A stretch of DNA of 64,000 nucleotides, taken from assembly GCF_009914755.1 (NCBI RefSeq), contig NC_060941.1; one strand, written 5' to 3'. The notes below the pieces were generated by a model, which was given only the letters and a program-made list of their open reading frames with translations, was not told where the DNA came from and did not search any database. Shown piece after piece: positions 23,253-38,496 of this stretch. This stretch comes from the human T2T-CHM13v2.0 reference genome, Homo sapiens. Each line of letters begins with the position of its first letter. The first letter of the stretch is position 1. The translations under genes and the position numbers were made by a program.

Positions 23253-25494
23253 GACTTAACTCATGTTATCTTCACAGCAACTCTATGAAGTATGTCCCAC
23301 CATTATAGCTCTTTAACATGAAAGGAAACTGAGGCAGAATGTGGATAAGTGACTAGTCTGTGGCTGGGATTCAAACTCAAGTAGTTTGGCTCTAGAGCAT
23401 CAGACCTTAATTAAGGTGGCTGGAAATTAGCTGAAAGTAATGACTATAGTGGTTATTTATTGAGCAGTTAATGGATGTTGGGCACTGTCTTTGATGTTGA
23501 GAATACAAAGTCCACTTAGATGTGGTCCTTGCTTTAGCTCTCAGTTTAGTGGGGAACATGAGAAAGAAAATATTAAATATTCATATGAAATGTTAATTAT
23601 TAAAAGGCAATTTAAATAAAGCATGATAAATGCTTTATCAGGGATGAGCACAGCATGCTGGGAGGGTCCCAGGGAGAGGTCTTTTTCCCTCAACTGGTCT
23701 GAGAGCCATTGCCATGCACTTTCTCTGTTTTCTCCTGAGTTTCTCCATTCATTCCCATGTTCTCACATCCACTAACAGGGAATCCTGTTACCTCTGCCCA
23801 CGAGGCTCACCTGGGAGCCAGGATCTGAGACAGGCAGAGGCAACAGCAGCACAGCTTCTCCTTCAGATGTCCAGACCCTCTTCTTCTTCAACAATGTCCA
23901 TGTCCTTCTCCTCACAGGGGTTTGGTGTTCCTGAAGGTGTCTTGTTGACTGGTGGCATCTACTTTCTAAGTTCGGGCCACCTTCATAATTAATGTCTCCT
24001 TCCCTCAGCATCCCTTGCCTATCATTGCTTTATTCTCAGTTTAGATAACTGAGTTTTGGTTGCAGCATTGGCTGTGGTCATAACGTTAGCAGAGAAATGG
24101 AGTCTTTCTTGCACACTTTTCTACCCAATTTGCTGTCCCATACACATAACAAAACTCTCGTTAAAATAGTTAAGCGTAATAACCTTCTCCAGCAGTAACC
24201 ATCCACTCATGTGACGAAAAGATATGCAGCTAAAATAGGATTTAATGAAATATAAAACCCAAGGTAGAATGAGGCATTTTATTCACAATTCCTTTACTGT
24301 CCCCTTAACTGTCTTCAGTCATGACTTAATCATGGCTCTCACCTGGCTCTCACCTCTGCTTCAGGGAGCACTCACTAACCAGCTCCTAATCTGTCTTGCA
24401 TACAGGCCCTCTGCAGTGGCTTAGAGATTTAAGGCCAAGCTGATGTGTCAAAAGCCTCCATTCAGGCTGGCTGCATTTCCTCCTAGCCACAGCTCTCCTG
24501 TCTCACCCACTAAGGGGTTGTTTACTCTCTTTCCCTTGTAAAAGACCTGGCCAAACCACTTCCTCTGGTTTCTCTACTCCTAGTTTATCTTCCCTGTCTA
24601 CCCACAAGAAGAGCAGAAAGGAAGAGTTAATATATTCTTCTGCAGTCCTGTGGACCTGTGTGATTACCCAAACAGAAGGGAAGGGGAAGAGAAGGCAGGG
24701 GAGGGAAGGAAGTTAACACAGAGTACAGCCAGGTATCTACCAGGTACTATTATGGGCATCTTGGAGTGGTTTCTCAGGACAACTCTGTCAGTTGAATAAT
24801 ATTATCCCTGTTTTACAGATGAGGACACAGAAGCTTTGTCTTTCCAATTCTATTCTCTCTGATGCTGGTTTGAACATAGATTAAATCGTAATGGCCATAA
24901 TCCCATACTCTAACCATTCACTAAGCACTTACTAGAATCCAGCACTGAATTAACCCTCATTTTTCAGGTGAAGGAAATGAGTCTCAGAGAGGTAAAGTTA
25001 ACTGCCTGGGGTCACACAGAATGTGCCACCCAGGTGGCAGAGCCAGGATTCCAACTCAAGTGTGATTCCAACATATTGGTAATTATTAGAAAAGCAGAAC
25101 ACCCAGAGTTTAGAAAGAGAAAAGACAAAGTGGGTGGTGGCATAGTTCAGAGTTTTGCAAAAACCCTTGGGGGAGATGAAGAAAGTGAAAGCAGAATTTT
25201 TTGGGGCCTGAAGTGGGTTCTCAGTAATCTGCTGTAGATCTGGGAGCTATGTTTTTCCGAGCTTGGGTGTAATGTCACCATCGGGACAGAACTAAAACTA
25301 TACGAGCCCACTTGTAGGGAAGAGGTTCAGGGAGGTACCCATAGGTTCAAGTACCAGGCTTGGCTAAGTAAATTGCAGAAGGCCACACAAAAACATTTCC
25401 TCTTTCAACATCGAAGTGACATTACACACCGACAGCAACTACATGGCCACAAAGTAGGAACACATCTTTACAAACCACAGGGTTTCAACCTAGC

Positions 25495-25680
25495 CCCCTT
25501 TGTCTCCCTTCCTCCATTCCTTTCTTTTCCTTCTCCCTCTCACTTTTCTCTTTCCTTGCTTGTCTCCCTTCCTTTCAGTTCTTCCTCCCTTTTTCCCTCT
25601 TATTTTCCCATCTACCCTCCTTCCCTTCCTTTCTTCCTTCTTTCCTTCTTCTAGACTTCAGCCTTGCTTTCTCCTTTTAA
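25495..25680. repeat. Polypyrimidine (CT-rich) low-complexity tract
   Basis: Almost purely C/T over ~180 bp. Confidence 0.8.
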
Positions 25681-28600
25681 ATCAATACTTTCCTTTTCCC
25701 AGCAGTGCTTACGTTTATTCATTCAATATTTCTCAGCAGCCTATGGCACTAAGACACAACATTAGATTCAAAATGGTTTTCTGAAAATTCTTGGAGTTAT
25801 AAAGGCAAGTGCCTAACATTGGTAAGTAATAAGAGCTATGAAAAAAAACAGTTCATACCCTTTGACCTAGTGATTCCATACCCTAGGGTTCCCCAAGGAA
25901 ATAACCTCAAAGCAAAGTAAAAGTACAAAATAATTCACAGTAGAGCTTTTCATAATAGAGGGAAAAAATAACAAATTGAAAACAAAACATTTCACAGGTC
26001 CAGTAATAGAGGAATGGCCAGGCAAATGATGGTGATACCACGTCATCTGGAAATTATGACACTTTAAGAAAAGAACATGACAAGGATGCCAGTGTTTTGC
26101 ATTAGATATAAAAAGTACTGAGTAAAAAAAGATCTGAGTCCAAAGAGCACATCCAAGCACATCACAACTTCAGTGAAACATTTCTTTGAACATGAACAAT
26201 GGTCAGAAGAGAATTTAGGCGAGACAGGGTTTAGTTACAAATAGGTTCTTTGGGTAAAGTTATTAAAATTTTAGGCAAACAAACCAAAATCCAAGCAAGC
26301 TTACCAGGACCAAGTTAGGAAAGGTACTTTGGAATTAGAAGACTTTTCTGTCTCTATAAAGTGTTCTCACTGTAATAGGGGCCACTGCATCCTCGGACCT
26401 TTTGGTTAACCTGACTGTCCTCCCCAGCCTGGCACTGCCCACCAACCAGTAAAAGTGAGCCACAGATGCTGCTGCCTGATGTGGCTGACCTCATTCCCCC
26501 TGGCCTTTGCCCATTCTAGTATGTTTCCTCCTGGCTTTTGACTCCTGGATGCCCCTGCCTTATGAAGCTGTACCAGGATCCCCGCCTTAGTCTCAATCCA
26601 TTTTAAACACAAAACCCAGCAATGAGTCACATGGTAGATACATGACCAGAGAGTGACCCATAATAAAAACAAACTCAGATGCGAAACTGTCCCCAATCAG
26701 GTGGTGTTCCCTTGTGTCCTTTCTGCTTGTAGTGCGTCTGCCGTCTGTTCTTAGTCTCTGCCTGGAGACCTGGTTTGGTGCCCTTGACCCTTGGCTGGAT
26801 CTCCATAGCTTGAAGGGCCTGAGCATTTTCTCCAGTTACAACTGTGCTTCCATCTTTAACTACGGTTCGAATTTTCTTTGGTGTTAGCACCCGTGATGTG
26901 TTTTATTTTCAGTTGAGCGGCAGTATAAGGAGATAAGAAAAATACCCTTTGAGGAATCAAAATGCATGTCACAAAATCCATACTATTAATAGCTTTAATT
27001 AATTGAGGCTAGTAACGTGGCAGGCATGGTGCTAGGAACTTTGCATGCATTATTTCATTTAACTCCCACGGTATCCCTAACAAAGTAGATGTTGTTTTTA
27101 TTGGTACCAAGGAAGAATCAGGCTCAGAGATATCAAATGGTTTATTTCAGATTAAACGCAGATTTTGCTGATATCAAATCCTCTTCCCCCGGCCTCCTGC
27201 ATTACATGATACAGCCTTCCAGGCACCAGGGATTCCACAGCATGGTTTAAGCATGAGTGAGCCCTTGTATTTTCATGGAGCCTACTTACTCTTACTTTAT
27301 GCACGATCATGATAACATGCTTGGTTATTTGTTTTTCACACTTTCAGCAGAATAGAAATACTATGTTATGAAAACAAAAAGGGTTAAGACGTAAGAATAC
27401 TGGTAGCTAGAATGTATAGCCAACACCTGACAACAAAGAAGGCAAAACAACTAAAAAACATAAAAAAGATGTTTAAAATGATGTCATTTAATGTTGGGGC
27501 AAACTCCACACATTTCAAATAGTCCCGAATCTTTTAGCCCCAAACAATAGCTGAAACTCACAATGATGATCTTGGGCCATCAAGATTACATTTTGTTCTG
27601 TATAATCCGCGTAAGGATATAGGAAAGGACAGGATCTATTGCAGAAGGAATTTCAGCCAAATGGTTTCATTAAAAAAAAGTTGTGATGCTTAAAGGAATA
27701 AATAAATCCTTAATTCTTGGACACATTGGCTATTCAGAAAAATGACACTTCTTTGTAAGAGAGTCTGAACAACAATTTCATTCTCTCATTGGCCAATTGT
27801 TTCAGCCATCACCATAGATAAAAGCTTCCCTATAGCCATTTTTTCTAATGAGCAAACAGTTATTATTCGATACATGGCTCAATATTCAGAATTGGTTACA
27901 TTGCAGCCAGTTGGGTTATGTTGTCGATATTTAGTCATTCTATAAAAGGGAATTTCATGGCATTTAAATGTTTCTCTCTCTTTCCTGTTTCTTAAACTAA
28001 AAACAATGACAGACCAGTTTTTACCACATTTTTTTCCCTGAAGGAATAAACGATAAAAGAGAAATGGAATTCTATTTGAGAAAACAGTTCTAATGTTCAT
28101 GCCTCTATCAGAAACATTTTAGGGTTTTGTTCCATAGGACTTGGAATTCTCAGGCGGTAAGTGACAGCAGCATTCTGACTTACAGAGGATGTCAGAAGCT
28201 AATGTGTCCTGTCTATTAGCTTCCTGAATGCAAACTTCTCTTGGAGTGTTTTTTCCCCCTAGCCTGTTTTTTTCCATTTCACATACCCACACATTAATAC
28301 AGAGAAATGTTAAATGTCTGCCCTGCTTTGTGGAGTATTGACAATGTATCCTTTTAAATTTGGAACTGCAGTTTTACTCGTGGGAAGAGGTATTTTGGTC
28401 ATGAATTTGAAGTCTCTTTTTTATCTAGAAAGCTTGGACTTATCCTCAACTAAGCCCTCACTTCTCCCACATTCCATCCATCACCAAGGGCTGTCGATGC
28501 TCCCTCCTAAATCATTCTCAAGTGCATGGCCTGAGATCCATTCTCATCGCTACTACCTTGGTTCAGCTCTTGTTGTCTACAGCCTAGAGCTTACTCTGTT

Positions 28601-29137
28601 ATTATAGCTCTTAACTGGGCTCCTTGTCTTTGATTTCCTTCCTCTCCAATCCATTCCCCACTCTGCCATTGTAATTATGTCATTGCTCTGCTTAAAATCC
28701 GTCAATGGCCCTTCATTTCTTACTGTACACATTCATAATCTGTGTGCTGTGTCACACAGTGTGTTACAGGAAATGTAGGTATTGATCCTCACAGCTTTTG
28801 GGGCAACGAGGCAGGCTTGGGGCATCAGGAGCCCCAGGGACTACTCAAGATTGCAGCCCTGTCCTTTTGCCCCAGTGTACTGTATATATATATATATTAT
28901 ATATTTTCTTCTTGAAAAAACTCCAGGAAGTTCTGGGAAAGGCTAGCTTATAAAGCCCTTCTCACCCTGGCCCCATCCACCTACAAGACTCTCATGGGAC
29001 TTCCTACCCTACAAACGCTTTGCCTCAGCTAGTAAAGCCTCTTGCTTTCCCAACTTAAATCCACATCACATTTTTACAACACTATGACTTTGAACTTGAG
29101 GCCTGGATAGTGTTCTCCTTATTTCTTTACCTGGTGG

Positions 29138-29590
<453 letters not shown>

Positions 29591-32500
29591 TAATCACTCC
29601 TTCTTTTCTTTTCCATTGCAAGCTGGTGGGGGAACTTGAGGAAGGTATTGAAACTCTCTGAGTCTTAATTTCCTTATTTGAAAAATGGAGATAATAATAC
29701 CTGCCTTGCAGGGTCAGCATAAAGATTAAATAAAATAACACATGTAAAGCATAAAGCACAGAGCCTGACATGTAGTAAGTATTCAGTAAATATTTGTTGA
29801 ATAATAAATGGTGGTTGTTAATATTCACTACCAATCTCTTGCCAGTGCACTTATCTCATAATTGTGCAACGGTTGTTAGCTCCTGTTTTAAGATTTTCTT
29901 ATTCATCTCAGTGCCATAGGTTCTGCTGTGCTAGGATGTCTTTTCCATGAAGGAAAGGATCTTGAGTTTGTACACTGGTATGTTCTAAATACCTCAAACA
30001 GTGCCTGGCACATAGTAGTTCTTTTATAAACAAATTGATAACAGAACTGATAACAGATTTCTTGCCTGGGATAGAAAACTAAGCTAATTAAGGAGAGTGA
30101 TTCAATGGCCTTCAGCTTATTATTTCAGAAATCTCTAAATTTATGTTTTCTTTCACTGATGGCAAATTTCAATGACCATGCATGATTCCTTTAAGCCACT
30201 ACATCTTCCTCCTCCCCTCTTTTTAAGGGGAAGAAAACCCTCCCTGAAGTTCAAGGCCTAGGTTCTATATAGTGGACTTGCTTCATCCTGCTTCCAAGAC
30301 TCTCTGTGTTATGCTCCTTGCTCTTCTACATCTTCTCTTGCCTTAACCAAATCATTTGGACTTCATGGTGGAATCAATGAATCAATCCCTGCTGTACTGT
30401 CTTACTATCCTCTCCTCATCTTGCCTAAGACCAGCCCAGCCAGAAACCAAATTCTGGTTCTAGAGCCTTGTTCAGTGCGTGGAATACTGTAGGTATTCAA
30501 TAACTTTGTGTCATCACTGAACAAACGAATGAATGAAAGATGAATGAAAAAAAGGAAGGGAGGTAGGAGGATAGACAAAATAATAGAAAAGAACAACTCT
30601 ATTCTTCTGATAGATTTAACCTAGATGACACACACAAAACATTGGTTGAGCTGGTTTATTTCTGGCAAAAGGCAGTACTGCCTACATACCAACAACATTA
30701 TGAATCACTTTCATAATTAAGGTAAAGTGCCTTTTTTTGTGAAAAAAAAGATGGAATAGGTCACTTCATGGAACTTGTCAATCCGTTCAATGATAACTAT
30801 CGATCTCCTTTGTCGGGTAGACAGGGTTTGAACTGGCTACCATATGGGGGTTTGGCATTGAGGTAGCCATGTTCTACGTATGTTGAACAGATTTCTCTGA
30901 TTCCAGGCTGATAAATGCTTGCCACACTGCAACTAGGGATAATGAAGTGGCAACGGACCAATTCTGTTTGATTAAAAAGCTTTCTTCCATTCCCAACGTT
31001 TCCTGATTCTGCTGCTACAACTTGGATCTTTTCTCAGATCTTTTTTCTGCCACCAACTCCTTTTTTTTTTCTTTCTTCTCTTCCTCTTTATCTTCCTCCT
31101 TTCTCCTCTGCTCGTAGCTCAGATATTGACTTTCAAAATTCTTGGTCAGATGTCGTAGATTGTCTGCAGACACACATCTCTTTTTCTTCATATACCCCAT
31201 TAAAATGATAGTAAAAGAAGAAAAAGGAGGATTCTTTTAAAGACAAAGATGAGACATCGGTAGATTCAATATTTCAATCCATTTTTGAAAAGCAGAACAT
31301 AAATGGCAGAAGAGAGGAGCTATGCACTAAAGTGCTGCCCAAGGGAGGTTCCTACAAAACTGAGCCTGAGACAGTTCACATAACAGAATCCACATACCTA
31401 AGATGCTTTCTAGGCTGTTGAACTTAGTCTGTCCCAAACTGAATTCATCATCTTCCTCCTTATCCTCCTCTACCATCACCACCACCTTCACCTTCACCTC
31501 CACCTCCACTGTCCCCTTCCTCCTCTCTTCTCCTAATGTGTTTTCCCCTCTTGTGGCCTTTATCCCAAAGGATGGCAATACTGTCCACAAAGCTGAAGTA
31601 CATCCCCGTGTCCATCCCTTAAAACCCCTTGTGTAGACTTCTATTGTGGTACACATCATTTCACAGTGCAAACATGTGCTCCTATATCTGTGTCCCCAGC
31701 AGACAGTGTGATCTTAGAGCACATTTTATTCTTGACAGTAATCTTAAATTTGAACACAGTGCTTGGCAGGTGGTAGGCATTAATTAAATAAAGATTTGGT
31801 GAAGAATCTCTTCTATCTGGAGGATATTTTGTATCTAGAATGCCATGACTCCTCCCCTCCACCCCATGGAGTCAAGCAAGATGATGCATTTATCAGTCAA
31901 AAATGGTTTCAAAGTTGAGTAATAGAATAATATTACTACCATGGTATCCTATATTATCAAAGTATATTGTATCCCTGTAATATTAATACTCCGTATTATT
32001 GTTATACCATTATTTGATGCTTGTTCATTGAAGCCTGGGTGTTTTGATGTCTCTATGCTACCTCTTAATCCCTTTGATATCCATTTGTATGGCCAGTCTG
32101 TGGTGATAAGAGTTGACATTTATGCTTGGGGGCAGGGCAAAGTGGTACTTAGAATACCATCTGGCCTGGGTATCAGGATCTCTAGGGTCATGCCCCAACT
32201 CTGCCACTAACTTACTCTGTGCCTTTGTCTCTCCAGGAATAGGTCCCTCATCTTTAAGATGACATAATTTGACTAGATGACCTCTAGGGTTTGTGTTTCT
32301 CTAAGACTTATACACATCTAGGCTGATCATTAACCTCAAACTAGAGCAGCTCCAGCCTCGTCTTCAGAGAGACCTTGAGTGCCAAGATTGCCTCCTTAAT
32401 TCAGGAGATGAATGTGCATTGACGAGGACAAAGGTTAGGGACTGTGGTGCTGATCTGAGGGAATAGCCTGGACTTTGATCCTTAGGCTCAGAACCAAGTA

Positions 32501-33303
32501 AAAAATGCCTCTGAAGAAGTTGGACACTGACTGTGCAAGGGTTTGATCCTTACCTTGTATCTTCTGCTGTTCTCTCTTTTAATGTTTTTTCTAGAAGGGG
32601 AAAAGTACTCATATAGAGTCCAAGACACAGCGTCTTCTCTTGGAACATGCACCTGCTGATTTCAGTGATGTTTGCAGTACACAAGATTACTTGGGGGCCA
32701 GGAGGAAAACTTTTCTTATCCAAATATATAGATAGATATAGGTAAGAGATAGAGATACATAAATGTATATCTATGTATATCTATATCTGCCTCTATATCT
32801 ATCTACATATAGTTGCATTTTTATCTCAGCATAATCTGGTTCAAGGGCTGGAGCTTTCTTGGGAATCACAAAGCCTGATTTTACAGCTTTGGTTAGAGAT
32901 GCAGACCTAGGTAAACACAGACCTGCCAGAGCCCCTCTGGGTTCAAAAGCCCTGAGGAGGAATGGTACAAAGCTCAGACCCTCTGCAAGACTCCAGTTCC
33001 ATCCTAGGCTGGAAAGAGAAAGAGAGGGAGGCAGCGCATCCTTAGTTGGGCACCTGCTGTGTGCAAGGTGCCACCCTGGCTGCTTTGCATCTCATCTGAT
33101 TTTTTCAACCATGCTTCTAGGTCTCTAGGTATGACTGGCCCATTTCATAGATCGGGGGAGTGACATTTAGAGAGTTGAAATAACTTGCTTAATGTTCCAC
33201 ATTAAACCTGGGATTTAAATTCAGGTCTACCTGACTCCAAAGACTGTGCTCTTTCTACTAGATGATGTACCACCCCATGTACATTCTGGTTGCTCCTAGC
33301 AAT

Positions 33304-33376
33304 TGTGTGTGTTTGTATGTGTGTGTGTCTGTCTGTCTATCTGTGTGTGTGTGTGTGTGTGTGTGTAGATGTGTGT
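33304..33376. repeat. Compound (TG)n/(TCTG)n microsatellite
   Basis: Directly visible. Confidence 0.9.
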
Positions 33377-34561
33377 AGGTGGTGGAGGAATAGTCAGGGT
33401 AGGGGAATGCAGGGCAGCCCAGTTTCTTCTGAGCATATATTCAAATCACAGGTAGGAAACTGCTAATTCCTCATGTACCTGTTTGCTCTGCTAGGAGCTG
33501 AGACTCTAGGAGTTTGGGAGATGGAGAGAGAAGTTCTTCTCATCCATGTTTGGGAAGCACAACTCTATGTAGCAGCCCAAGGTGCAGGTAGGAGTGGGGT
33601 GGCAGGTATCCCAGAAGGAAAGCTAGAGGTCTCCTTTGAACACAGAGAGGAGACTCTTCCTTGCCATCAGCTCATCCCTAGGCTTCTTTCTTAACCCTGC
33701 TTCTTATTTCACATATTTTCTTTGGAGAATCATCTATTTCCCTGGTTTCGACTCTCATCTTTTTCTCCCAAACACCTTCCTCTTGAGTTTCTCAGCAAAT
33801 GGCTCCACCATCAGCAAATGGCTCCACCATCTCCCCAGCTTTATGTTGCTGCCATATTGAAATACTAAAGCAGTCTTTTCAAGTTCCCCTTGGCCTTCAG
33901 AATAAAGTTCCAACCCTGCAGTGGTCTCTGGGAGTGCTGTCAAGCATATAAAGACCTAGGTTTGAATATCGATTGTGCATCTTATTGCATATGTGACCTT
34001 GGGCGAGCCATGCAATCTCTCCTGCTTTGTCTCCTTATCTTTAATGTGGAGTTAATAATATTGATACTGTAGATTTCTGTAAATAATGAAATAAGTGAGA
34101 GCAATATAGGTAACCTGTTAAACCTGGTGTATAGTGCCTGGTGTATAGTAAACAAGCTTTGAATGGTAGCCATTCTTAAATGGCAGCATTCTAAACTGTT
34201 ATTGGGACTTTTAGTGGGGTGACACAGGAAGTATCATGGTGTCCAGGTTTCTCTGTAATGAGAGAATTTCATTTCACCATGGATCCAAGTTAGGAAGTGA
34301 CCTTTCTGCCAAATGTAGTCTGTTGTTCTTCTCTCAAAGCACAGTAGAGAAAGCATCGTGGAACCCACCCTTAGAGCCAATATGGCAGACATTAGAGAGG
34401 ACCCAGATGCAGATCACTTAAGGTCCGCAAGATCAAGCACAGCAGAACTGGCCAGCCATGCTATGAGTAAGAAGAGGGATGAGCGGCAAGGGCTGCACCT
34501 ACTTAGCTTTTTGGAGAGAAGTAAATATATCCATAAAGATCACCAAGAAAGAGTCAGTGTG

Positions 34562-34848
<287 letters not shown>

Positions 34849-34933
34849 AGAGTCAGTGTGGAAGCAAAAACTCACGATCTTCCATATTGGTGAACAAGAA
34901 CCTAAGGTGAACAGTTAGCATAAGAGCAGCCCT

Positions 34934-35268
34934 GGGCTGGTTGCAGTGCCTCACACCTATAATCCTAGTACTTTGGGAGACCAAGGTGGGAGGATTCCTT
35001 GAGCCCAAGAGTTCAAGACCAGCCTGGGCAATGCTGAGCAATATAGTGAGAGCCCCCATCTCAACAAAATTTTTTTTTTAAAAAATTAGCCAGGCATAGT
35101 GGTGTGTATCTGTAGTCTCAGCTACTCAGGAGGCTGAGGTGGGCAGGGTTGCTTGAGCCCAGGAGTTTGTGGTTTCAGTGAGCTATGATTGCCGTCACTG
35201 CACTCTGCCCTGGGAAACAGAGCGAAACCCTGTTTGAAAAAAAAAAAAGAAAGAAGGAGAAGAAGAAG
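34934..35268 (+). mobile_element. AluJ-like element
   Basis: Dimeric Alu with A/GAA tail, flanked by GAGCAGC(C/T)CTG. Confidence 0.9.
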
Positions 35269-38200
35269 ATGAGCAGCTCTGCACACTCTGGGAAGAATCC
35301 TGATAGGACTCAAAATCTTTCTTTAACCACAGTGTTTAAGAGTTATTCTTTTCTTACCCTTTAAAGGAATTGGTTGTTCCATCATCTGGTGTCATCATCC
35401 GTTGTGTGGTTTATTATATATAATTAGGTCCAATAAATGTTTGTCTTTTTCATCACAGGAATGTGGACTTTATCATTCTCTACAAATCCCTGTGCTTTCT
35501 CCACAAAGTTCAGAGCTAAAAACTCCTCTGGTTATTATGACATTTGAATAACTGAACGATGGGCCCCTGTGTGACATTTGCTAAGAAATCCCTTCTCTGG
35601 AAAGCTGATTGAATCTCTGCTCTCATATTTTCTTTCTTGTACTTGCCCATTACACATGCCGTTTGAAGAATTCCAATTGTTCCCTGGCGGAATCGAAGTA
35701 GAAAGGGACACTTCCGTATCCGGACTAGAATAGCTAAGTGAGGAAGGGCCATCCAGAGAAGCCAGAAGTGATGGTGGCAGAGACTTGGCCTGACAGAGAT
35801 GGGAAAGTTCAGACAAGCAGAAGGTAGGGACAGATGTCATTGGTGACCCCCTTCTTCATGGAGTTCTCTCACAGAGGATGTGTTATTTTTTGTTTCCTTA
35901 AGGTTGATTAACCTTGATTATACTTTGATTACTCAAGGTTTTGCTTCCTCTGTGGTTATGTGTGGGTGGCACTATCACAGAGAGGAAAAGCAATGGGGTC
36001 TGGAGCTAGAGACGTGGGCTTGCCTTTGTGTCTATACTCTTTGTTATCTGTCAGGACCTTGGGCCAAGCATGGGACAACTCAGACCCTCTGTCTTTTCAT
36101 TGAAACCTTGCTGAAAGGCTGCAGGGAGGATTAAGGGAGCTAGCATAGGAAATTCTCTGTACTGTTTTTAACATGATACTATTAATTTCCTTCTTCCTTT
36201 CTCTTTCTTTCCATACCAGACCATGAGGTGGGGACTCCCTAAGTGCTATTATCTAAGACTGCTGAGCTTTCTCAGGACACAATTCCTTGTTGGCTGAGCA
36301 TGCATATTTCCAAGAACTTGGGTATTCTTGAGATGCGGATTCCAGCAAAAGAATCCATCATTCCATCCCTGGTGGACAGGGAGAAAGTGAGATGTACATC
36401 ACTGTGCAGAAGAATTCCTAGTACTTCAGTTCTGAAATGTTCTCACTGAAGTCTGCCCTTCTGGGGATGGCTGGGAAAGTAGGGGTTTATTATATAACAT
36501 GGATTTGATGTCAGGATTTTCACATTGAGTTTTCATTACCAGGCCTCATAAAAAGCAGAAGAGCTCAGTGTAAAAGGTTTAAAAAAATATATTTTTTACA
36601 AAGATAGGCAAGTCAGGGGCTCTGACACATCCTTCACTCTGTGGTTCTTAAGAACAAAGACAAATGGAAAAGAACGATTCTATTTTTATGCTTTGAAAGC
36701 ACTTACTTTAGGTCAGGAAAATAGCCAGTGTGGATGTTTAGTCTTGTCAATATAGCTTGGACCAGACCTTTCTTTTTCTTCTTCTTCTTTTAATTAATTG
36801 GGAAGCTGGCAATGTAGGGAGGTAGGGAGGCTGCATGAGACACACAGTCTTGCCTCATTTCAAAGGGATTAAGGAAATTGGACCTCTTGTGGCAGAGAAA
36901 AAAGTAAATAGGCTTTGGCATCAGAGAAACTTCAGTTGAAATTTCATTTCCATTCCTTATTATCTGTGTGACCCAAGGCAAGTCATTTAAATCATTTAAG
37001 ACTCTGAGCTTCAGTCTTCTCATCTGTATAATGGGGGTAACACAAACTACCTTGCATATTAGAGCATTTAAATGTGATGTGGTATGTCACAACAGTGTCT
37101 GGTATCTAGTGGGTACTGAATGCACAATTAAACAAATAGCTAAAGCATGTACCAAAAATGTGCAGAAGAATAATGTTGCTCTCTGCAAGCACATCTCAAA
37201 CAGAACCCAGGGAGGGAGAAAACATGGGCCTGCCCGCTATGGCTATTATTCTGAGATTTATTCAGAATAAAGACATGAAAGAAGAATCAAGTAAGTAGAA
37301 AGCACATTTTGTGTGATTATTCTTATAAACCCTGCATTTGTATTCCAAAACGCTTTGGGATATCTTAAAATAAAATATAAGGATAAAATCAAAAAGGAAG
37401 CTCAAAGATGGGAAAGTACATATCGTGATTGGGCTAACAGAATAACTGAGTTCGGAGCTTCCTGGTAAACAAGTCAAGTGGAGAAAAGAATGGGTTAAAT
37501 GATTCTCATTATCTGAGAAAGCACATGATCCTGCTGTTTAAGGGAGGAAATTTTTTCTTGGCATTACATTCCCAAAGGAATTTATTACAAACTCTTAAGA
37601 AATGTATAATGCTTCACTTGATACTTGATGCATATCATATACAACACAGGGAATGATGTCTTCCACAATGACCCTCTTACAAGTGTGTTTCTTTTGACCT
37701 TTGCCATACTGACCCTTGAAGAAAGCCAATGAGGATCAGAAACCACAGTGGAGTACTGGCTTTGACATCAAATAGACTTGGGTTCAAATCCTGGTTCAAT
37801 CACTTTCTAGTTGCAAGACCTTGTGAATCCATTGACTCTCACTGAGCCTTATTTTCCTCCTCTGCAACATGGAACTGATAATAGTGCCCTCCCCCTTCTG
37901 TGGTATTGCTGTGTGCATTGAGTGAGCACACAGGTGTAAAACACCGAGCTTGGAGCCTGGTACAAAGTAGATGCTTAATAAGTTGGATCAATTTTATTCC
38001 CCTTCTTTTTGCTAGAAATGTAACCTCATGTGGTTTTTTCCTGGGAGTGTCTAAACTAATGAGCTAATTTACTTTCAGCCTTACTATGTTTAGTTTCATA
38101 CTCTCTAATCCTCCACTGGCATCAGAGAGATGGTTCTGAAATACAGACCTGAACATGTCTCTCCTTTGCTGAACACGCTACAGTGTCTCTCCGTTGTCTA

Positions 38201-38344
38201 CAAAATGAAGGGCAGATTGCTTGGCTGGAAGTTCAGATCTCTTCACCCCAACTCTCTCTGCTGTCTACAGCCACTGCTCTCCAACAAGTGCTCTGCGTTC
38301 TAGGCATTGCAAACTATTGACCTGTCCATGCATATATAATGCCT

Positions 38345-38496
38345 TTGCACCACGCCAGGCTAATTTTTGTATTTTTAGTAGAGATGAGGTTTCGCCATGT
38401 TGGCCGGGCTGGTCTTGAACTCCTGACCTCAAGTCATCCGCCCATCTTGGTCTCCCAAAGTGCTGGGATTACAGGCATGAGACACCACGCCTGGCC
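38345..38496 (-). mobile_element. Alu left-arm fragment
   Basis: GCTAATTTTTGTATTTTTAGTAGAGATG...GCTGGGATTACAGGCATGAG. Confidence 0.9.
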
